A stretch of 56,476 bases of DNA, from NCBI GenBank assembly GCA_902783725.1, contig CACZRV010000037.1, positions 1-56,476 of the forward strand, written 5' to 3'. This stretch comes from an uncultured Lachnospiraceae bacterium. GTDB taxonomy: Bacteria; Bacillota; Clostridia; Lachnospirales; Lachnospiraceae. Under the pieces are notes generated by a model. It made no database searches. It was not told the origin of the DNA and saw only the letters and a program-made list of their open reading frames with translations. Shown in pieces: positions 44,419 to 55,707 of the stretch; position 1 is the stretch's first letter, and the number at the start of each line of letters is the position of its first letter. The position numbers were made by a program, and so were the translations under genes.

Positions 44419-45609
44419 ATGAAATACGATTTTGACACTGTGATCAACCGGCGCGGCACGGACGCCATCAAGTGGGATGTGCCGGACGGAGAGCTTCCGA
44501 TGTGGGTGGCGGACATGGATTTTGCGACGGCCCCCGAGATTTCGGAGGCGCTGTCGGAGCGCCTTTCGCGGGACGTGTTCGGCTATGCGAACGTTCCCGG
44601 GGCGTGGCGCACGGCGTACGCCGACTGGTGGCGGGAACGCCACGGCCTTGCGATGGACAAAGAGGCACTGATCTTCTGCACGGGAGTGATCCCCGCGATC
44701 TCCTCCACGGTCCGTAAGCTGACGACGCCCAACGAGAAGGTGATCATCCAGACGCCGGTGTACGGCACTTTTTACAACTGCATCCGGAACAACGGCTGCC
44801 GCGAGCTGGAGAGCCCGCTTTTATATGACGGAAGCGCCTACGAGATGGACCTCGCGGATCTGGAGCGGAAAATGTCCGATCCCCAGGCGACGCTGATGCT
44901 TCTTTGCAATCCGCAAAATCCTGCCGGAAAGATCTGGGACCGCGAGACCCTGGCGAAGGTCGGGGCGCTTGCGAAGCGGTATCACGTGACGGTGATCTCC
45001 GACGAGATTCACTGCGACATCACTGCGCCCGGAGCGTCCTATGTACCGTTCGCCTCGGTGTCCGACGAGTGCCGCGAGGTGAGCATCACCTGCATTGCGC
45101 CGACGAAGGCCTTCAATCTTGCGGGGCTGCAGACGGCGGCGGTGTACATTCCGAATCCTTTCCTGCGCCACAAGATCTGGCGCGCGTTAAATACCGACGA
45201 GGTGGCCGAGCCGAACTCCTTCGCCACCGCGGCCGCCATCGCGGCGTTTACCAAGGGAGGCCCGTGGCTTGACGAGCTGCGGGAGTACGTCTTTGCCAAC
45301 CGCAGGATGGTCACGGAGGCGCTTGCCGCAGACGTGCCCGAGGTGAGGGTCGTTGCCGGGGAGGCGACGTACCTTCTTTGGATCGATGTCAGTGCATTTT
45401 CCGAAGACAGCCGGAGGATCTCGGAATTCCTTCGAAGGGAAGCCGGGCTCTTCGTGAGCGACGGCATGCAGTACGGCCCGGGCGGAGAGCACCATCTCCG
45501 CATGAATGTCGCCTGCCCCCGCACGCTGTGCGAGGAGGGAACGAGGCGGTTGATCAGGGGACTGCAGCTTCTTCGCAAAAAGAATGCGGGCTGCGAAAAA
45601 AGTTGTTGA
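44419..45609 (+). CDS. PatB/MalY-type PLP-dependent C-S lyase (cystathionine beta-lyase family aminotransferase)
   Basis: MKYDFDTVINRRGTDAIKWD is the hallmark N-terminus of this family. Class I/II aminotransferase length (396 aa) with …PTKAFNLAGL… around the PLP lysine. Confidence 0.8.
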   Translation: MKYDFDTVINRRGTDAIKWDVPDGELPMWVADMDFATAPEISEALSERLSRDVFGYANVPGAWRTAYADWWRERHGLAMDKEALIFCTGVIPAISSTVRKLTTPNEKVIIQTPVYGTFYNCIRNNGCRELESPLLYDGSAYEMDLADLERKMSDPQATLMLLCNPQNPAGKIWDRETLAKVGALAKRYHVTVISDEIHCDITAPGASYVPFASVSDECREVSITCIAPTKAFNLAGLQTAAVYIPNPFLRHKIWRALNTDEVAEPNSFATAAAIAAFTKGGPWLDELREYVFANRRMVTEALAADVPEVRVVAGEATYLLWIDVSAFSEDSRRISEFLRREAGLFVSDGMQYGPGGEHHLRMNVACPRTLCEEGTRRLIRGLQLLRKKNAGCEKSC

Positions 45610-45936
45610 CAGCCGCGGGGTGCCCTGTTATAATCGGCATCAGTAAATCGAATACCGCAAAACCGTTGAAGCGGAGATAACGGCATTGATGCCTTCACAG
45701 AGAGCCTGCGTTGCTGAGAGTCAGGCAAGAAACACATTGTCAAATGGACCGCTGAGGGCGCAGTCAAATGGGACTTCCCAAAGTATTCTGCGACGTGAGG
45801 CAGGCGTAACTTGCCGGGGATATGATGGTATCCTGCAGAGAGCGCAACCGTAACAGGCTGCGAATCAAGGTGGCACCGCGAATAGAGTTGATCATTCGTC
45901 CTTGACAGAAGTGAATTCTGTCAAGGACGATTTTTT
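45606..45936 (+). promoter_or_regulatory. Promoter plus T-box leader (tRNA-Trp-responsive) with terminator, controlling the trp operon
   Basis: TTGACA, 17 nt spacer, TATAAT (45606-45634). AGAGA/GAGA stem I elements. Candidate UGG specifier followed by A at 45745-45748 (a second gtcaaaTGG lies at ~45778). T-box sequence AAGGTGGCACCGCG at 45867-45880. Terminator TCGTCCTTGACAG…CTGTCAAGGACGA plus TTTTTT at 45896-45936. Confidence 0.85.
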
Positions 45937-46132
45937 GTGCGCTAAGCGAGAGCAATCCCGCCGGCGGGCGGCCGGCATCCGGCTGTACAGCGAATCGCGG
46001 AAACAGCGTTTCCGACGATTCGCCGAACAGTCGGATGAAAGCAGACGAAGGCTGCGACGGGATTGCCGAGCGCACGTACATGAGCAGAAGGAGCGAAGCG
46101 AGTTCTGCGAATTTCATCACATGGAGGTTACC

Positions 46133-47599
46133 ATGAACATCACACCGAGTCTTGAGAAACTGAAGGAGCTTGCGGCGGAGGGCCGGTACACGGTCGCGCC
46201 GGTGAGCACGGAGCTGCTTTCCGATTTTACGACGCCCATCGAGGCGCTGCGGGTCTTGAAGAACGTTTCGGACCACTGCTTTTTGCTGGAGTCCGCCAGG
46301 GCGGATGAGACCTGGGGCCGCTACACCTTCTTAGGGTACGAGCCGAAGCGCTCGATCTCCTGCGTAAACGGCGAGCTCACCGACGGCGATAAAGTGATCC
46401 GCACGGAAGACCCTTCCGCATACCTGCGGGAAATTCTGGAGGATTTTAAGGCACCCCGTTTTCCGGAGCTTCCGCCCTTTGCGGGCGGTCTGATGGGCTA
46501 CTGGTCCTACGATTACCTCGGGTATCGCGAGCCGGCGGTCCGCTGCAAAACCGTGGACACGGAGGAGTTCCGCGATGTCGATGTGATGCTGTTTGACAAG
46601 GTGATCGCATTTGACCACGTCAAGCAGAAGGTTGTCATCATTGTCTGCGCAAGACTTGATAACGTCGAGGAGGGTTACCGCGAGGCCGAAGCTGAGATCC
46701 GCAGGATTGCCGATCTTCTTCGAAACGGCGAGAAGAAAAAAGAACCAGGCGGACATTTGACCGGCGAGATAACGCAGCTGTTCAGCAAGGAAGAGTACTG
46801 CGGGATGGTCGAGAAGGCGAAGGAGTACATCCGCGAGGGTGATATGTTCCAGATCGTCCTCTCCAACCGTCTGAGCGCTCCCTTTGAGGGAAGCCTCCTA
46901 AACACCTACCGCGTGCTTCGCACCATCAACCCCTCGCCTTATATGTTCTACCTCTCCGGGACGGACGTGGAGGTCGCGGGCGCATCGCCGGAGACGCTGG
47001 TGAAACTTACGGACGGCGTTTTACACACCTTCCCGCTGGCGGGAACGAGACCGCGGGGGAAGACCATGATGGAGGACGCGGAGCTTGAGTCGGAGCTTCT
47101 GCGGGACGAGAAGGAGCTTGCGGAGCACAACATGCTTGTGGACCTCGGCAGAAATGATCTTGGAAAGATCAGCAAGTTCGGAACGGTCCGCGTCGAAAAA
47201 TACCACCAGATCGAGCGGTTCTCCCACGTGATGCACATCGGCTCGACCGTCCGCGGAACCATCCGCGAGGACTGCGACGCTCTCGATGCCATCGAGGCGG
47301 TGCTGCCGGCCGGAACCCTCTCGGGAGCGCCGAAGATTCGCGCCTGCCAGAGAATCGCAGAGCTTGAGAACAACAAGCGCGGTATCTACGGCGGTGCCAT
47401 CGGTTACATCGATTTCACCGGTAACATGGACACCTGCATCGCGATTCGCATCGCATATAAGAAGAACGGAAAAGTCTTCGTCCGGAGCGGCGCGGGAATC
47501 GTCGCAGACTCCGTGCCGGAGAAGGAATATGAGGAGTGCCGCAACAAGGCCATGGCGTCGCTTCGGGCGCTGCAGCAGGCACAGGAGGTGGATGAATGA
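46133..47599 (+). CDS. trpE: Anthranilate synthase component I
   Basis: Start MNITPS after GGAGG. The longer ORF from 45902 starts inside the T-box terminator. Chorismate-binding motifs …LSNRLSAPF…NPSPYMFY…GAPKIRA…GIYGGAIGY. Confidence 0.9.
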   Translation: MNITPSLEKLKELAAEGRYTVAPVSTELLSDFTTPIEALRVLKNVSDHCFLLESARADETWGRYTFLGYEPKRSISCVNGELTDGDKVIRTEDPSAYLREILEDFKAPRFPELPPFAGGLMGYWSYDYLGYREPAVRCKTVDTEEFRDVDVMLFDKVIAFDHVKQKVVIIVCARLDNVEEGYREAEAEIRRIADLLRNGEKKKEPGGHLTGEITQLFSKEEYCGMVEKAKEYIREGDMFQIVLSNRLSAPFEGSLLNTYRVLRTINPSPYMFYLSGTDVEVAGASPETLVKLTDGVLHTFPLAGTRPRGKTMMEDAELESELLRDEKELAEHNMLVDLGRNDLGKISKFGTVRVEKYHQIERFSHVMHIGSTVRGTIREDCDALDAIEAVLPAGTLSGAPKIRACQRIAELENNKRGIYGGAIGYIDFTGNMDTCIAIRIAYKKNGKVFVRSGAGIVADSVPEKEYEECRNKAMASLRALQQAQEVDE

Positions 47600-48162
47600 T
47601 ACTTTTGATCGACAACTACGACAGTTTTTCCTATAATCTCTACCAGCTCGTCGGGGAGATCAATCCCGACATCAAAGTGATCCGCAACGACGAGATGACG
47701 GTGGAGGAAATTGCAGAGCTTGCGCCGAGCCACATCATCCTCTCTCCGGGACCGGGCCGGCCGGAGGATGCGGGCATCATCATCGAGGCGGCAAAGACAC
47801 TGGGCAAAACCATTCCTCTGCTGGGCGTATGCCTCGGGCACCAGGCAATCTGCGCGGCATTCGGCGCGACGGTCACCTACGCAAAGCAACTGATGCACGG
47901 GAAGCAGTCGGTTGCGAAGCTGGACACGAAGAGCACTCTGTTCCGCGGTTGTCCTCAGGAGGCGCCGGTGGCAAGATACCACTCCTTAGCGGCGGATGCG
48001 GCCACCATCCCGGAGGAGCTCATCGTCACGGCGCAGACCGAAGACGGCGAAGTGATGGCGGTGGAGCACCGCGAATATCCCATCTACGGCGTGCAGTTTC
48101 ATCCGGAATCCATCCTGACGCCGGACGGGGCGAGGATGCTTCGGAATTTTCTGAAGAAATAA
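47596..48162 (+). CDS. trpG: Anthranilate synthase component II (glutamine amidotransferase)
   Basis: ATGA overlap with trpE. MILLIDNYDSFSYNL…, catalytic GVCLGHQ, …QFHPES. Confidence 0.9.
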   Translation: MILLIDNYDSFSYNLYQLVGEINPDIKVIRNDEMTVEEIAELAPSHIILSPGPGRPEDAGIIIEAAKTLGKTIPLLGVCLGHQAICAAFGATVTYAKQLMHGKQSVAKLDTKSTLFRGCPQEAPVARYHSLAADAATIPEELIVTAQTEDGEVMAVEHREYPIYGVQFHPESILTPDGARMLRNFLKK

Positions 48163-48263
48163 CCACTTTCTACAGCAGTAGAACATATAAAACAAGCGGC
48201 ATTTGCCGAAGAAAATAAACTTTGAAGACAACATCGAAAAGACAAGAAAAGGAGAACAAAACC

Positions 48264-49286
48264 ATGATCAAAGAAGCTATTGTAAAGATTGTCAACAAGG
48301 GAGACCTCACCTACGATGAGGCATACACCGTAATGAACGAGATTATGAGCGGCGAGACGACGCCCACCCAGAACTCCGCATTTTTGGCGGCCCTCTCCAC
48401 GAAGAGCGCCCGTGCGGAGACCACCGACGAGATCGCGGGCTGCGCGGCGGCGATGCGCGACCATGCGACGCAGGTGGAGACCGGAATGGACGTGTTCGAG
48501 ATCGTCGGCACCGGCGGAGACAACGCGCAGAGCTTTAACATCTCCACCACCGCGGCTTTGGTTGCGGCGGCAGGCGGTGTGAAGGTTGCCAAGCACGGCA
48601 ACCGCGCGGCGTCCTCTCTGTGCGGCACGGCGGACTGCCTCGAGGCACTTGGCGTGAATATTCAGCAGAGCCCGGAGCGCTGCGTGGAGCTTTTGAAGGA
48701 GGCCGGCATGTGCTTCTTCTTCGCGCAGAAGTACCACACCTCCATGAAGTATGTGGGACCGATCCGCAAGGAGCTCGGCTTCCGCACCGTGTTCAATATT
48801 CTGGGACCCCTCACGAACCCCGGACGTCCGACGATGCAGCTTTTAGGCGTCTACGATGAGTATCTCGTGGAGCCCCTTGCGCAGGTTCTGGTGAACCTCG
48901 GCATCAAGCGCGGAATGGTCGTGTACGGCATGGACAAGCTCGATGAGATCTCCATGAGCGCACCGACGAAGATCTGCGAGATCCGCGACGGATGGTTCCG
49001 GAGCACGACCATCGCTCCGGAGGATTTCGGCTTTGAGCGCTGCACGAAGGAGGACCTTAAGGGCGGCACTCCCGCGGAAAATGCGCGGATTACCCGCGAC
49101 ATCTTGGCAGGCGCAAAGGGCCACAAGCGCAATGCGGTATTGATGAACGCAGGCGCATCCCTCTACATCGCAGGCAAGGCGGAAAGTATGGCAGAGGGCG
49201 TTAAGCTTGCTGCGGAACTGATTGATTCGGGCAAGGCGGCAGAGACCCTTGCGAAGGTGATCGAGATCAGCAACCGCCCGGAGTAA
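48264..49286 (+). CDS. trpD: Anthranilate phosphoribosyltransferase
   Basis: Start MIKEAI after AAAGGAG. Motifs …VGTGGD…FNIST…KHGNRA. Confidence 0.9.
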   Translation: MIKEAIVKIVNKGDLTYDEAYTVMNEIMSGETTPTQNSAFLAALSTKSARAETTDEIAGCAAAMRDHATQVETGMDVFEIVGTGGDNAQSFNISTTAALVAAAGGVKVAKHGNRAASSLCGTADCLEALGVNIQQSPERCVELLKEAGMCFFFAQKYHTSMKYVGPIRKELGFRTVFNILGPLTNPGRPTMQLLGVYDEYLVEPLAQVLVNLGIKRGMVVYGMDKLDEISMSAPTKICEIRDGWFRSTTIAPEDFGFERCTKEDLKGGTPAENARITRDILAGAKGHKRNAVLMNAGASLYIAGKAESMAEGVKLAAELIDSGKAAETLAKVIEISNRPE

Positions 49287-49338
49287 CCGGGGCGGACAGA
49301 CCGCCGGAGGCTGCGGCGGGAAGGAAAGGAAGAAACCG

Positions 49339-50121
49339 ATGAACATACTGGAACAACTTGCGGAGCACGCGAGAGTGCGGACAGAAGAAGCGAAGAGACG
49401 CCTTTCCGTGGAGGATCTCCGGAGAATGGCGGAGTCGCTGCCGAAGCGCCCGGGCCGGTTTGAGGCGGCCCTGTCCCGCGAGGGTATCTCGTTTATCTGC
49501 GAATGCAAGAAGGCGTCCCCCTCGAAGGGATTGATCGCACCGGATTTTCCGTATCTGCACATCGCACGAGAGTACGAAGCGGCGGGGGCGGACGCGATCT
49601 CGGTGCTGACGGAGCCCAAATGGTTTCTGGGAAGCGACGAATACCTTCGCGAGATTGCGGAGGAGGTAAGCCTGCCGTGTCTTCGGAAGGATTTTACGGT
49701 GGATCCGTACATGATCTACGAGGCGAAGCTTCTCGGGGCATCCGCGGTGCTTCTGATCGTGTCGCTGCTTGACGAAGCGCGGATTCGGGAGTATCTTGAT
49801 ATCTGCGGGTCTCTGGGGCTTGCGGCGCTTACGGAGGCGCACGACGAGGGCGAGATCGAGACGGCGCTTAGGGCGGGCGCGGGCATCATCGGCGTGAACA
49901 ACCGCAACCTCAAGGATTTTACGGTGGACATCGAGAACAGCCGCAGGCTTCGCAAAATGGTTCCCGCGAACAAACTCTTCGTCTCGGAGAGCGGCGTTCG
50001 CACCGCAGCGGACGTGGCGGCGGCGCGGGCTGCCGGCGCGGACGCGGTGCTGGTTGGCGAAACCTTGATGCGGGCGGCGGACATCCGCGGCAAGTTAGCG
50101 GAGCTTCGCGGCGACAGATAA
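49339..50121 (+). CDS. trpC: Indole-3-glycerol phosphate synthase
   Basis: …FICECKKASPSKG…ISVLTE…FLG…LRKDF…IGVNNRNLKDF…SESG. Confidence 0.9.
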   Translation: MNILEQLAEHARVRTEEAKRRLSVEDLRRMAESLPKRPGRFEAALSREGISFICECKKASPSKGLIAPDFPYLHIAREYEAAGADAISVLTEPKWFLGSDEYLREIAEEVSLPCLRKDFTVDPYMIYEAKLLGASAVLLIVSLLDEARIREYLDICGSLGLAALTEAHDEGEIETALRAGAGIIGVNNRNLKDFTVDIENSRRLRKMVPANKLFVSESGVRTAADVAAARAAGADAVLVGETLMRAADIRGKLAELRGDR

Positions 50122-50134
50122 GCAGGAAAATGCT

Positions 50135-50800
50135 ATGACACAGATCAAACTTTGCGGGCTTTCCCGCATACAGGACATCGAGGCGGCAAATGCTCTTGCG
50201 CCCGACTACATCGGGTTTGTATTTGCAAAAAAGAGCGCACGATACGTATCCCCGGAGACAGCGGGAGCGCTTCGCGCAAAACTTGCCCCGGGGATCAAGG
50301 TGGTCGGCGTGTTCGTCGACGAGTCGCCGGAAACGGTTGCGGCGCTGGTGCGGGACGGAATCATTGACATCGCACAGCTGCACGGTGCGGAGGACGAAGC
50401 GTACATCGCAGCCCTGCGCCGGCTGACAGACGCTCCGGTCATCAAGGCCTTCCGGCTCGGAAGCACAGGGGAACTGCCCCCTGCGGAGGCGGAAAAGCAG
50501 CGGGAGGCACAGCTTGCGACACTTTGCGAGGCGGCTTCGTGCAGCGCGGATTTCGTGCTGCTTGACTCGGGCGCGGGCACGGGGACGACGCTTCCCTGGG
50601 AGCTGTTGCGGGATTTTTCGAAGAAGTATTTTCTGGCCGGCGGGCTTGCGCCGGAAAATGCGGCGGAAGCCGTTCGGACGCTGCATCCCGCGGCGGTGGA
50701 TGTGAGCTCCGGCATAGAGACCGGAAAAGTGAAGGACGCGGCGAAGATGCGCGCGTTTGTAAATGCAGTGAGAAAGGAAGAAGGCTATGAGCAATCCTGA
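50135..50800 (+). CDS. trpF: Phosphoribosylanthranilate isomerase
   Basis: [11 protein letters not shown]…DYIGFVF…S.RYV…QLHG…LLD…AGGL.P.N pattern. Confidence 0.85.
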   Translation: MTQIKLCGLSRIQDIEAANALAPDYIGFVFAKKSARYVSPETAGALRAKLAPGIKVVGVFVDESPETVAALVRDGIIDIAQLHGAEDEAYIAALRRLTDAPVIKAFRLGSTGELPPAEAEKQREAQLATLCEAASCSADFVLLDSGAGTGTTLPWELLRDFSKKYFLAGGLAPENAAEAVRTLHPAAVDVSSGIETGKVKDAAKMRAFVNAVRKEEGYEQS

Positions 50801-51977
50801 CGGACGTTTCGGAATCCACGGCGGGCAGTACATTCCCGAGACTTTGATGAACGCCGTGATCGAGCTGGAAAATGCATACAACCATTACAAAAACGACCCG
50901 GAGTTCAACCGGGAACTGACGGAGCTCTTTAACGAGTACGCGGGCAGACCGTCGCGGCTTTACTATGCGGAGAAGATGACGAAGGACCTGGGCGGCGCGA
51001 AGATCTACTTAAAGCGCGAGGACTTGAACCACACGGGCGCACACAAGATCAACAACGTGCTCGGCCAGGCGCTTCTTGCGAAGAAAATGGGCAAGACGCG
51101 GCTGATCGCGGAGACCGGAGCCGGCCAGCACGGCGTGGCAACGGCCACGGCGGCAGCATTGTTCGGTATGGAGTGTGTGGTGTTTATGGGCGAGGAGGAT
51201 ACGATCCGCCAGGCCCTCAACGTGTACCGCATGCGGCTTCTGGGAGCAACGGTGGTGCCTGTAAAGAGCGGCACGGCGACCTTGAAGGACGCGGTTTCGG
51301 AGGCCATGCGCGAGTGGACGTCACGGATCGCGGACACCCACTACTGCCTCGGCTCCGTCATGGGACCGCACCCGTTCCCGACCATCGTGCGCGATTTCCA
51401 GGCGGTCATTTCCAAGGAGATCAGGGAGCAGATGCTGGCGAAGGAGGGACGTCTTCCGGATGCGGTCATCGCCTGCGTGGGCGGCGGTTCCAACGCCATC
51501 GGAAGCTTTTACCATTTTATCGGCGATGAGGGCGTGCGGCTGATCGGCTGTGAGGCTGCGGGCCGCGGCATCGACACCTGGGAGACGGCGGCCACCATCT
51601 CCACCGGAAAACTCGGAATTTTCCACGGAATGAAGTCTTATTTCTGCCAGGACGAGTACGGCCAGATCGCGCCGGTATACTCCATCTCCGCGGGACTCGA
51701 CTATCCCGGCGTGGGACCGGAGCATGCGTACCTGCACGACATCGGCCGCGCGGAGTACGTGCCGGTGACCGACGAGGAGGCGGTGCAGGCCTTTGAGTAT
51801 CTCGCAAAGACCGAGGGCATCATCCCGGCCATCGAGTCCGCACACGCGGTTGCCTACGCACGCAAGATCGCGCCGACGATGGGCAAGGATCAGATCATTG
51901 TCATCACGATCTCCGGTCGCGGCGACAAGGACTGCGCAGCCATCGCGCGCTACAGAGGGGAGGACATCCATGAGTAA
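50787..51977 (+). CDS. trpB: Tryptophan synthase beta chain
   Basis: …GRFG..GGQYIPE…[17 protein letters not shown]…[12 protein letters not shown]…GGGSNAIG. Confidence 0.95.
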   Translation: MSNPDGRFGIHGGQYIPETLMNAVIELENAYNHYKNDPEFNRELTELFNEYAGRPSRLYYAEKMTKDLGGAKIYLKREDLNHTGAHKINNVLGQALLAKKMGKTRLIAETGAGQHGVATATAAALFGMECVVFMGEEDTIRQALNVYRMRLLGATVVPVKSGTATLKDAVSEAMREWTSRIADTHYCLGSVMGPHPFPTIVRDFQAVISKEIREQMLAKEGRLPDAVIACVGGGSNAIGSFYHFIGDEGVRLIGCEAAGRGIDTWETAATISTGKLGIFHGMKSYFCQDEYGQIAPVYSISAGLDYPGVGPEHAYLHDIGRAEYVPVTDEEAVQAFEYLAKTEGIIPAIESAHAVAYARKIAPTMGKDQIIVITISGRGDKDCAAIARYRGEDIHE

Positions 51978-52749
51978 TATCGCAAAAGCATTTGCCGACG
52001 GCAAGGCGTTTATCCCGTTTATCACCTGCGGCGATCCGGATCTCGCGACCACGGCGGCAACCGTTCGCGCGGCAGCGGCTGCGGGGGCCGATCTCATCGA
52101 GCTCGGCATTCCCTTCTCCGACCCGACAGCGGAGGGTCCGGTGATCCAGGAGGCCAACGTGCGTGCCCTTGCGGGCGGCGTCACCACCGATAAGATCTTC
52201 GATCTCGTCCGCGAACTTCGCAAAGACGTGACGATCCCGTTTGCGTTCATGACCTACGCCAATGTTGTATTTTCCTACGGAGCGGAGCGGTTTATCAAGA
52301 CCTGCAGCGAGATCGGCATCGACGGTCTGGTGCTCCCCGACATTCCCTTTGAGGAGCGGGAGGAGTTCCTGCCGATCTGCCGCAAATACGGCGTTGCACT
52401 TGTGTCGTTGATCGCGCCCACGTCCGAGGACCGCGTAGCCATGATCGCGAAGGAGGCGGAGGGTTTCATTTACCTTGTCTCGAGCCTCGGCGTTACCGGA
52501 ACCCGGGATTCCATCACAACGGACCTCACCGGGATCGTGCGCCGGATCCGCGCCAACACTGCGGTTCCCGTCGCGGTGGGCTTCGGAATCTCGACACCGG
52601 AGCAGGCCCGCGCCATGGCGGAGGTCTCCGACGGCGCCATCGTCGGCTCGGCCATCGTGAAGATTCTGGCGAAGTACGGCACGCAGGCGCCGGAGCATGT
52701 GGGAGAGTACGTGCGCTCCATGAAGGACGCGCTCCGCACGCTTGCGTAG
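51970..52749 (+). CDS. trpA: Tryptophan synthase alpha chain
   Basis: Start MSNIAKAF overlapping the trpB stop (ATGAGTAA). …[11 protein letters not shown]…[18 protein letters not shown]…GFGIS. Confidence 0.9.
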   Translation: MSNIAKAFADGKAFIPFITCGDPDLATTAATVRAAAAAGADLIELGIPFSDPTAEGPVIQEANVRALAGGVTTDKIFDLVRELRKDVTIPFAFMTYANVVFSYGAERFIKTCSEIGIDGLVLPDIPFEEREEFLPICRKYGVALVSLIAPTSEDRVAMIAKEAEGFIYLVSSLGVTGTRDSITTDLTGIVRRIRANTAVPVAVGFGISTPEQARAMAEVSDGAIVGSAIVKILAKYGTQAPEHVGEYVRSMKDALRTLA

Positions 52750-52945
52750 GCGCTTCACTGCGGGATTTTTCCCGCGCGGAAAATGCACGGCGAAAATGCG
52801 CGGAATTTAACATAGATTTTACATAACGCTAACGGTCTTTTCACGTTTTTCCGATATCCTTGTCCATGGAACAATGGAACAGAGAATGCCGCACGATCGA
52901 TGCGGAACACGCGTCCGGGGATGACGCGCAAAGGAGAAACGAACA

Positions 52946-54757
52946 ATGACCGGTATGCACGGATTCACAGTGTTAGCTACGACTGCCGCGGGCACGGGGA
53001 TGAGCATGATGAACATCGCCGAGCTCGTTGGCGGTCTTGTTTTTTTCATGTTCGGTATGCGGGTTATGTCGCAGGCACTCGAGAAGATGGCCGGCGGCAG
53101 ACTCGAGAGAATGCTCAAACAGACTTCGGCCAATCCGGTGGTGAGCGTCCTCTTAGGCGCCGGCATTACCATCGCGATGCAGTCGTCTTCGGCGACCACC
53201 GTCATGCTTGTCGGTCTGGTCAACTCGGGCATCATGCAGTTCGGACAGACTCTCGCCGTCATTTTCGGCGCAAATATCGGAACGACCTTCACCGGGTGGC
53301 TTCTGACCCTCGGCTCCATCTCGTCGGGCACATGGTGGCTCACCCTGATGAAGCCTGAATTTTTCGCACCGTTCTTAGCGCTCGTGGGCATCGGCTTTCT
53401 GATGTTCTCCAAGCGCGACAAATACAAGAGCATCGGAACCGTGTTCGTCGGATTTGCCATCCTGATGAACGGTATGAGCATGATGTCGCAGGCGGTGAGC
53501 CCGCTGCGCGACGTGCCCGAGTTCCGCGAGCTGATGACCAAGTTTAACAATCCGCTGTTCGGTGTTTTGATGGGTCTTCTGATCACCGCCGTGATCCAGT
53601 CGTCCGCGGCCACCATCGGTATCCTGATCGCCATCTCCGAGGGCGGAATCCTCACCTATGCGATGGCCATCCCGATCATCATGGGCTTGAACATCGGTAC
53701 CTGCGCGACGTCGCTGATCTCCTGTATCGGCACGAACTACAAGGCGAAGCGCGTGGCGACGGTGCATGTGATGATCAAGATCTTAGGTACCGCCATCTGG
53801 CTGTCGGTCTTCTGCGCGATCCAGGCGGTCACCCCGCCCGCATTTCTGACGCAGTCCATCGGCAGCGTCGGCATCGCCATCGTGCACACCGCGTTCAACC
53901 TTCTGACCACGATCGTGCTGCTGCCGTTTTCCGGCACGCTCACAAAGCTCACGGAGCGCATCGTCAAGCAGCCGAAGGAAGAGTCGGAGATGCAGGAAAA
54001 CTTCAGTTTCCTCGACGTCCGTGTCCTTCGTTCCCCGTCCGTGGCCGTTGCCGAGTGCAACAACTTAACGAAGAAGATGGCCGAGCTTGCGTGCCAGAAC
54101 CTCTTCGATGCCATGAGCCTCTTCGACAACTACAACGAGGCCACCGTCGCCGAGGTTTTGAAGAAGGAAAATGAGCTCGACATGTACGAGGATAAGCTCG
54201 GATCCTTTCTGGTCAACCTCTCCGCGCAGACGGTTTCCGACCACGACGCGCGCATCATCTCCAAGATGCTTCACACCATCGGCGATTTCGAGCGCCTGGG
54301 TGACCACGCGGTCAACCTCTACAAGGCGGCCGAGGAGATCCGGGAGAAGCGCTTGAGCTTCACGCCTGTTGCCTCCGCCGAGCTTCGCGTTCTCACAAAC
54401 GCCATCGATGAGATCCTCACCATGACCACCGAGTGCTACACCAAGGCCGACCTTGATCTTGCATTCCGCGTCGAGCCTCTCGAGCAGGTCATCGACAAGC
54501 TCACCAGCACCATCAAGACGAACCACATCGCGCGCCTGCAGAAGGGCGGCTGCTCCATCGAGATGGGCTTCATTCTCTCCGACCTTCTCAACAACTACGA
54601 GAGAATTTCCGACCACTGCAGTAACATCGCCGTGGCGGTCATCGAGGTCGAGCGAGGCGGCTTTGATACCCACGAGTACTTAAGCGGCATCAAATTCGGC
54701 AACCTCGAGTTTAACCAGATCTACGACTCCTTCGACAAGAAGTATTCGCTGGAGTAA
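52946..54757 (+). CDS. Na/Pi cotransporter family protein with C-terminal PhoU-like domains
   Basis: 603 aa. AAAGGAG SD. Duplicated Na_Pi_cotrans repeats (…QSSSATTVM… and …QSSAATIGI…). The C-terminal helical repeats contain …ERLGDH… and …ERISDH… PhoU motifs. Confidence 0.85.
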   Translation: MTGMHGFTVLATTAAGTGMSMMNIAELVGGLVFFMFGMRVMSQALEKMAGGRLERMLKQTSANPVVSVLLGAGITIAMQSSSATTVMLVGLVNSGIMQFGQTLAVIFGANIGTTFTGWLLTLGSISSGTWWLTLMKPEFFAPFLALVGIGFLMFSKRDKYKSIGTVFVGFAILMNGMSMMSQAVSPLRDVPEFRELMTKFNNPLFGVLMGLLITAVIQSSAATIGILIAISEGGILTYAMAIPIIMGLNIGTCATSLISCIGTNYKAKRVATVHVMIKILGTAIWLSVFCAIQAVTPPAFLTQSIGSVGIAIVHTAFNLLTTIVLLPFSGTLTKLTERIVKQPKEESEMQENFSFLDVRVLRSPSVAVAECNNLTKKMAELACQNLFDAMSLFDNYNEATVAEVLKKENELDMYEDKLGSFLVNLSAQTVSDHDARIISKMLHTIGDFERLGDHAVNLYKAAEEIREKRLSFTPVASAELRVLTNAIDEILTMTTECYTKADLDLAFRVEPLEQVIDKLTSTIKTNHIARLQKGGCSIEMGFILSDLLNNYERISDHCSNIAVAVIEVERGGFDTHEYLSGIKFGNLEFNQIYDSFDKKYSLE

Positions 54758-54777
54758 TCTGCATGGAATCTTCCGGC

Positions 54778-54814
54778 CGCCGGAGGTGCGCGATGCGTGC
54801 CGCCGGCGTTTTTT
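54778..54814 (+). terminator. Probable intrinsic terminator
   Basis: GC-rich stem (CGCCGG…CCGGCG) followed by TTTTTT at 54809-54814. Confidence 0.45.
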
Positions 54815-54839
54815 GATACCGGAACGGAACCGATTTCTC

Positions 54840-54868
54840 TTGACAAAAAAGTAAATATATGTTACTAT
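54840..54868 (+). promoter_or_regulatory. Sigma-A-like promoter
   Basis: TTGACA, 17 nt spacer, TACTAT. A short 5' hairpin follows (TTGCGGC…GCCGCGA). Confidence 0.6.
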
Positions 54869-54936
54869 TTACTAAATGAGTTGCGGCTAGGGGGCCGCGA
54901 TCACGGAAGAAAGGTTAATGACAAAACAGTCGCAAA

Positions 54937-55674
54937 ATGATCCGGAAAATCATCACTGAACAATTGTTGGAAGAGTGCCCGAACTGCGGGGCTCCCCGCG
55001 TCACGGAAGAGAAGATCTGCCCGTACTGCGGAACCGTAATGACGGTGCGCAAGATTGATACCTTGTATCTGAGCACCGTGGACAAAGCAGAGTTTGCGGA
55101 GTTTCTCGAGTCCGGAGAGTACGCCGGAATACTGCGGGAGAAGCGTCGCCGGAAGCAGGTGGACATTGTCTCCACGGTCCGCCCGGCGTCCTGGCACGAC
55201 GCCCGCAGCATCGTGAGACTTGTCGCCGCCGGAATGTTCTTTCTGGCAACCGTCATCCTCGCAGACTATCTGGCTTCGGAAAATGCAGGCCGCACATACA
55301 CTTATGTTCCCGCTGAGGCGCAGCGCGCCTGGGCCGATGTCGGAGCCGTCGTTCTGCTGGCAATGCTCACGGCCTTCGCAGGTGCGGCGCTGGTGATGTG
55401 GTCGGCCGCCTCCGTAAAGCGGTACCGGAACGTACTTAAGTACGGCAAAAAATACACCGCCGTGGTGATCATGCGGGGGGATGAGCTTCGCGGAACGTAC
55501 GGTGCCTTTGACGCAGCAGTCGGAAGAAGCGTGCCGCTCAAGGTGAGATTTGAGCTGGACGGCCGCCCGACCGTGATGCTTTTGACGGGGCCGGCCGGAA
55601 TCGAGATCGGAGAGAGTATTACGATTCTCGGCTACGGGAAAGACTATGTTGTCGCGCCGAGGGACGCGGCATGA
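54937..55674 (+). CDS. Zinc-ribbon membrane protein (N-terminal CxxC…CxxC, two TM, C-terminal beta domain), paralog 1
   Basis: ECPNCGAPRVTEEKICPYCG zinc ribbon, two hydrophobic helices, and a C-terminal region resembling DUF3592-type domains. Confidence 0.6.
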   Translation: MIRKIITEQLLEECPNCGAPRVTEEKICPYCGTVMTVRKIDTLYLSTVDKAEFAEFLESGEYAGILREKRRRKQVDIVSTVRPASWHDARSIVRLVAAGMFFLATVILADYLASENAGRTYTYVPAEAQRAWADVGAVVLLAMLTAFAGAALVMWSAASVKRYRNVLKYGKKYTAVVIMRGDELRGTYGAFDAAVGRSVPLKVRFELDGRPTVMLLTGPAGIEIGESITILGYGKDYVVAPRDAA

Positions 55675-55707
55675 GAATAAAAAGGAAATTGTATTCAGGG
55701 GGGAACT

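Noticed and set aside
45902-46132. The 77-codon N-terminal extension of the trpE ORF (TTG start at 45902).
   Set aside because: It begins inside the T-box terminator stem and is Arg-rich with no SD. The ATG at 46133 has a GGAGG SD and matches the usual TrpE N-terminus.
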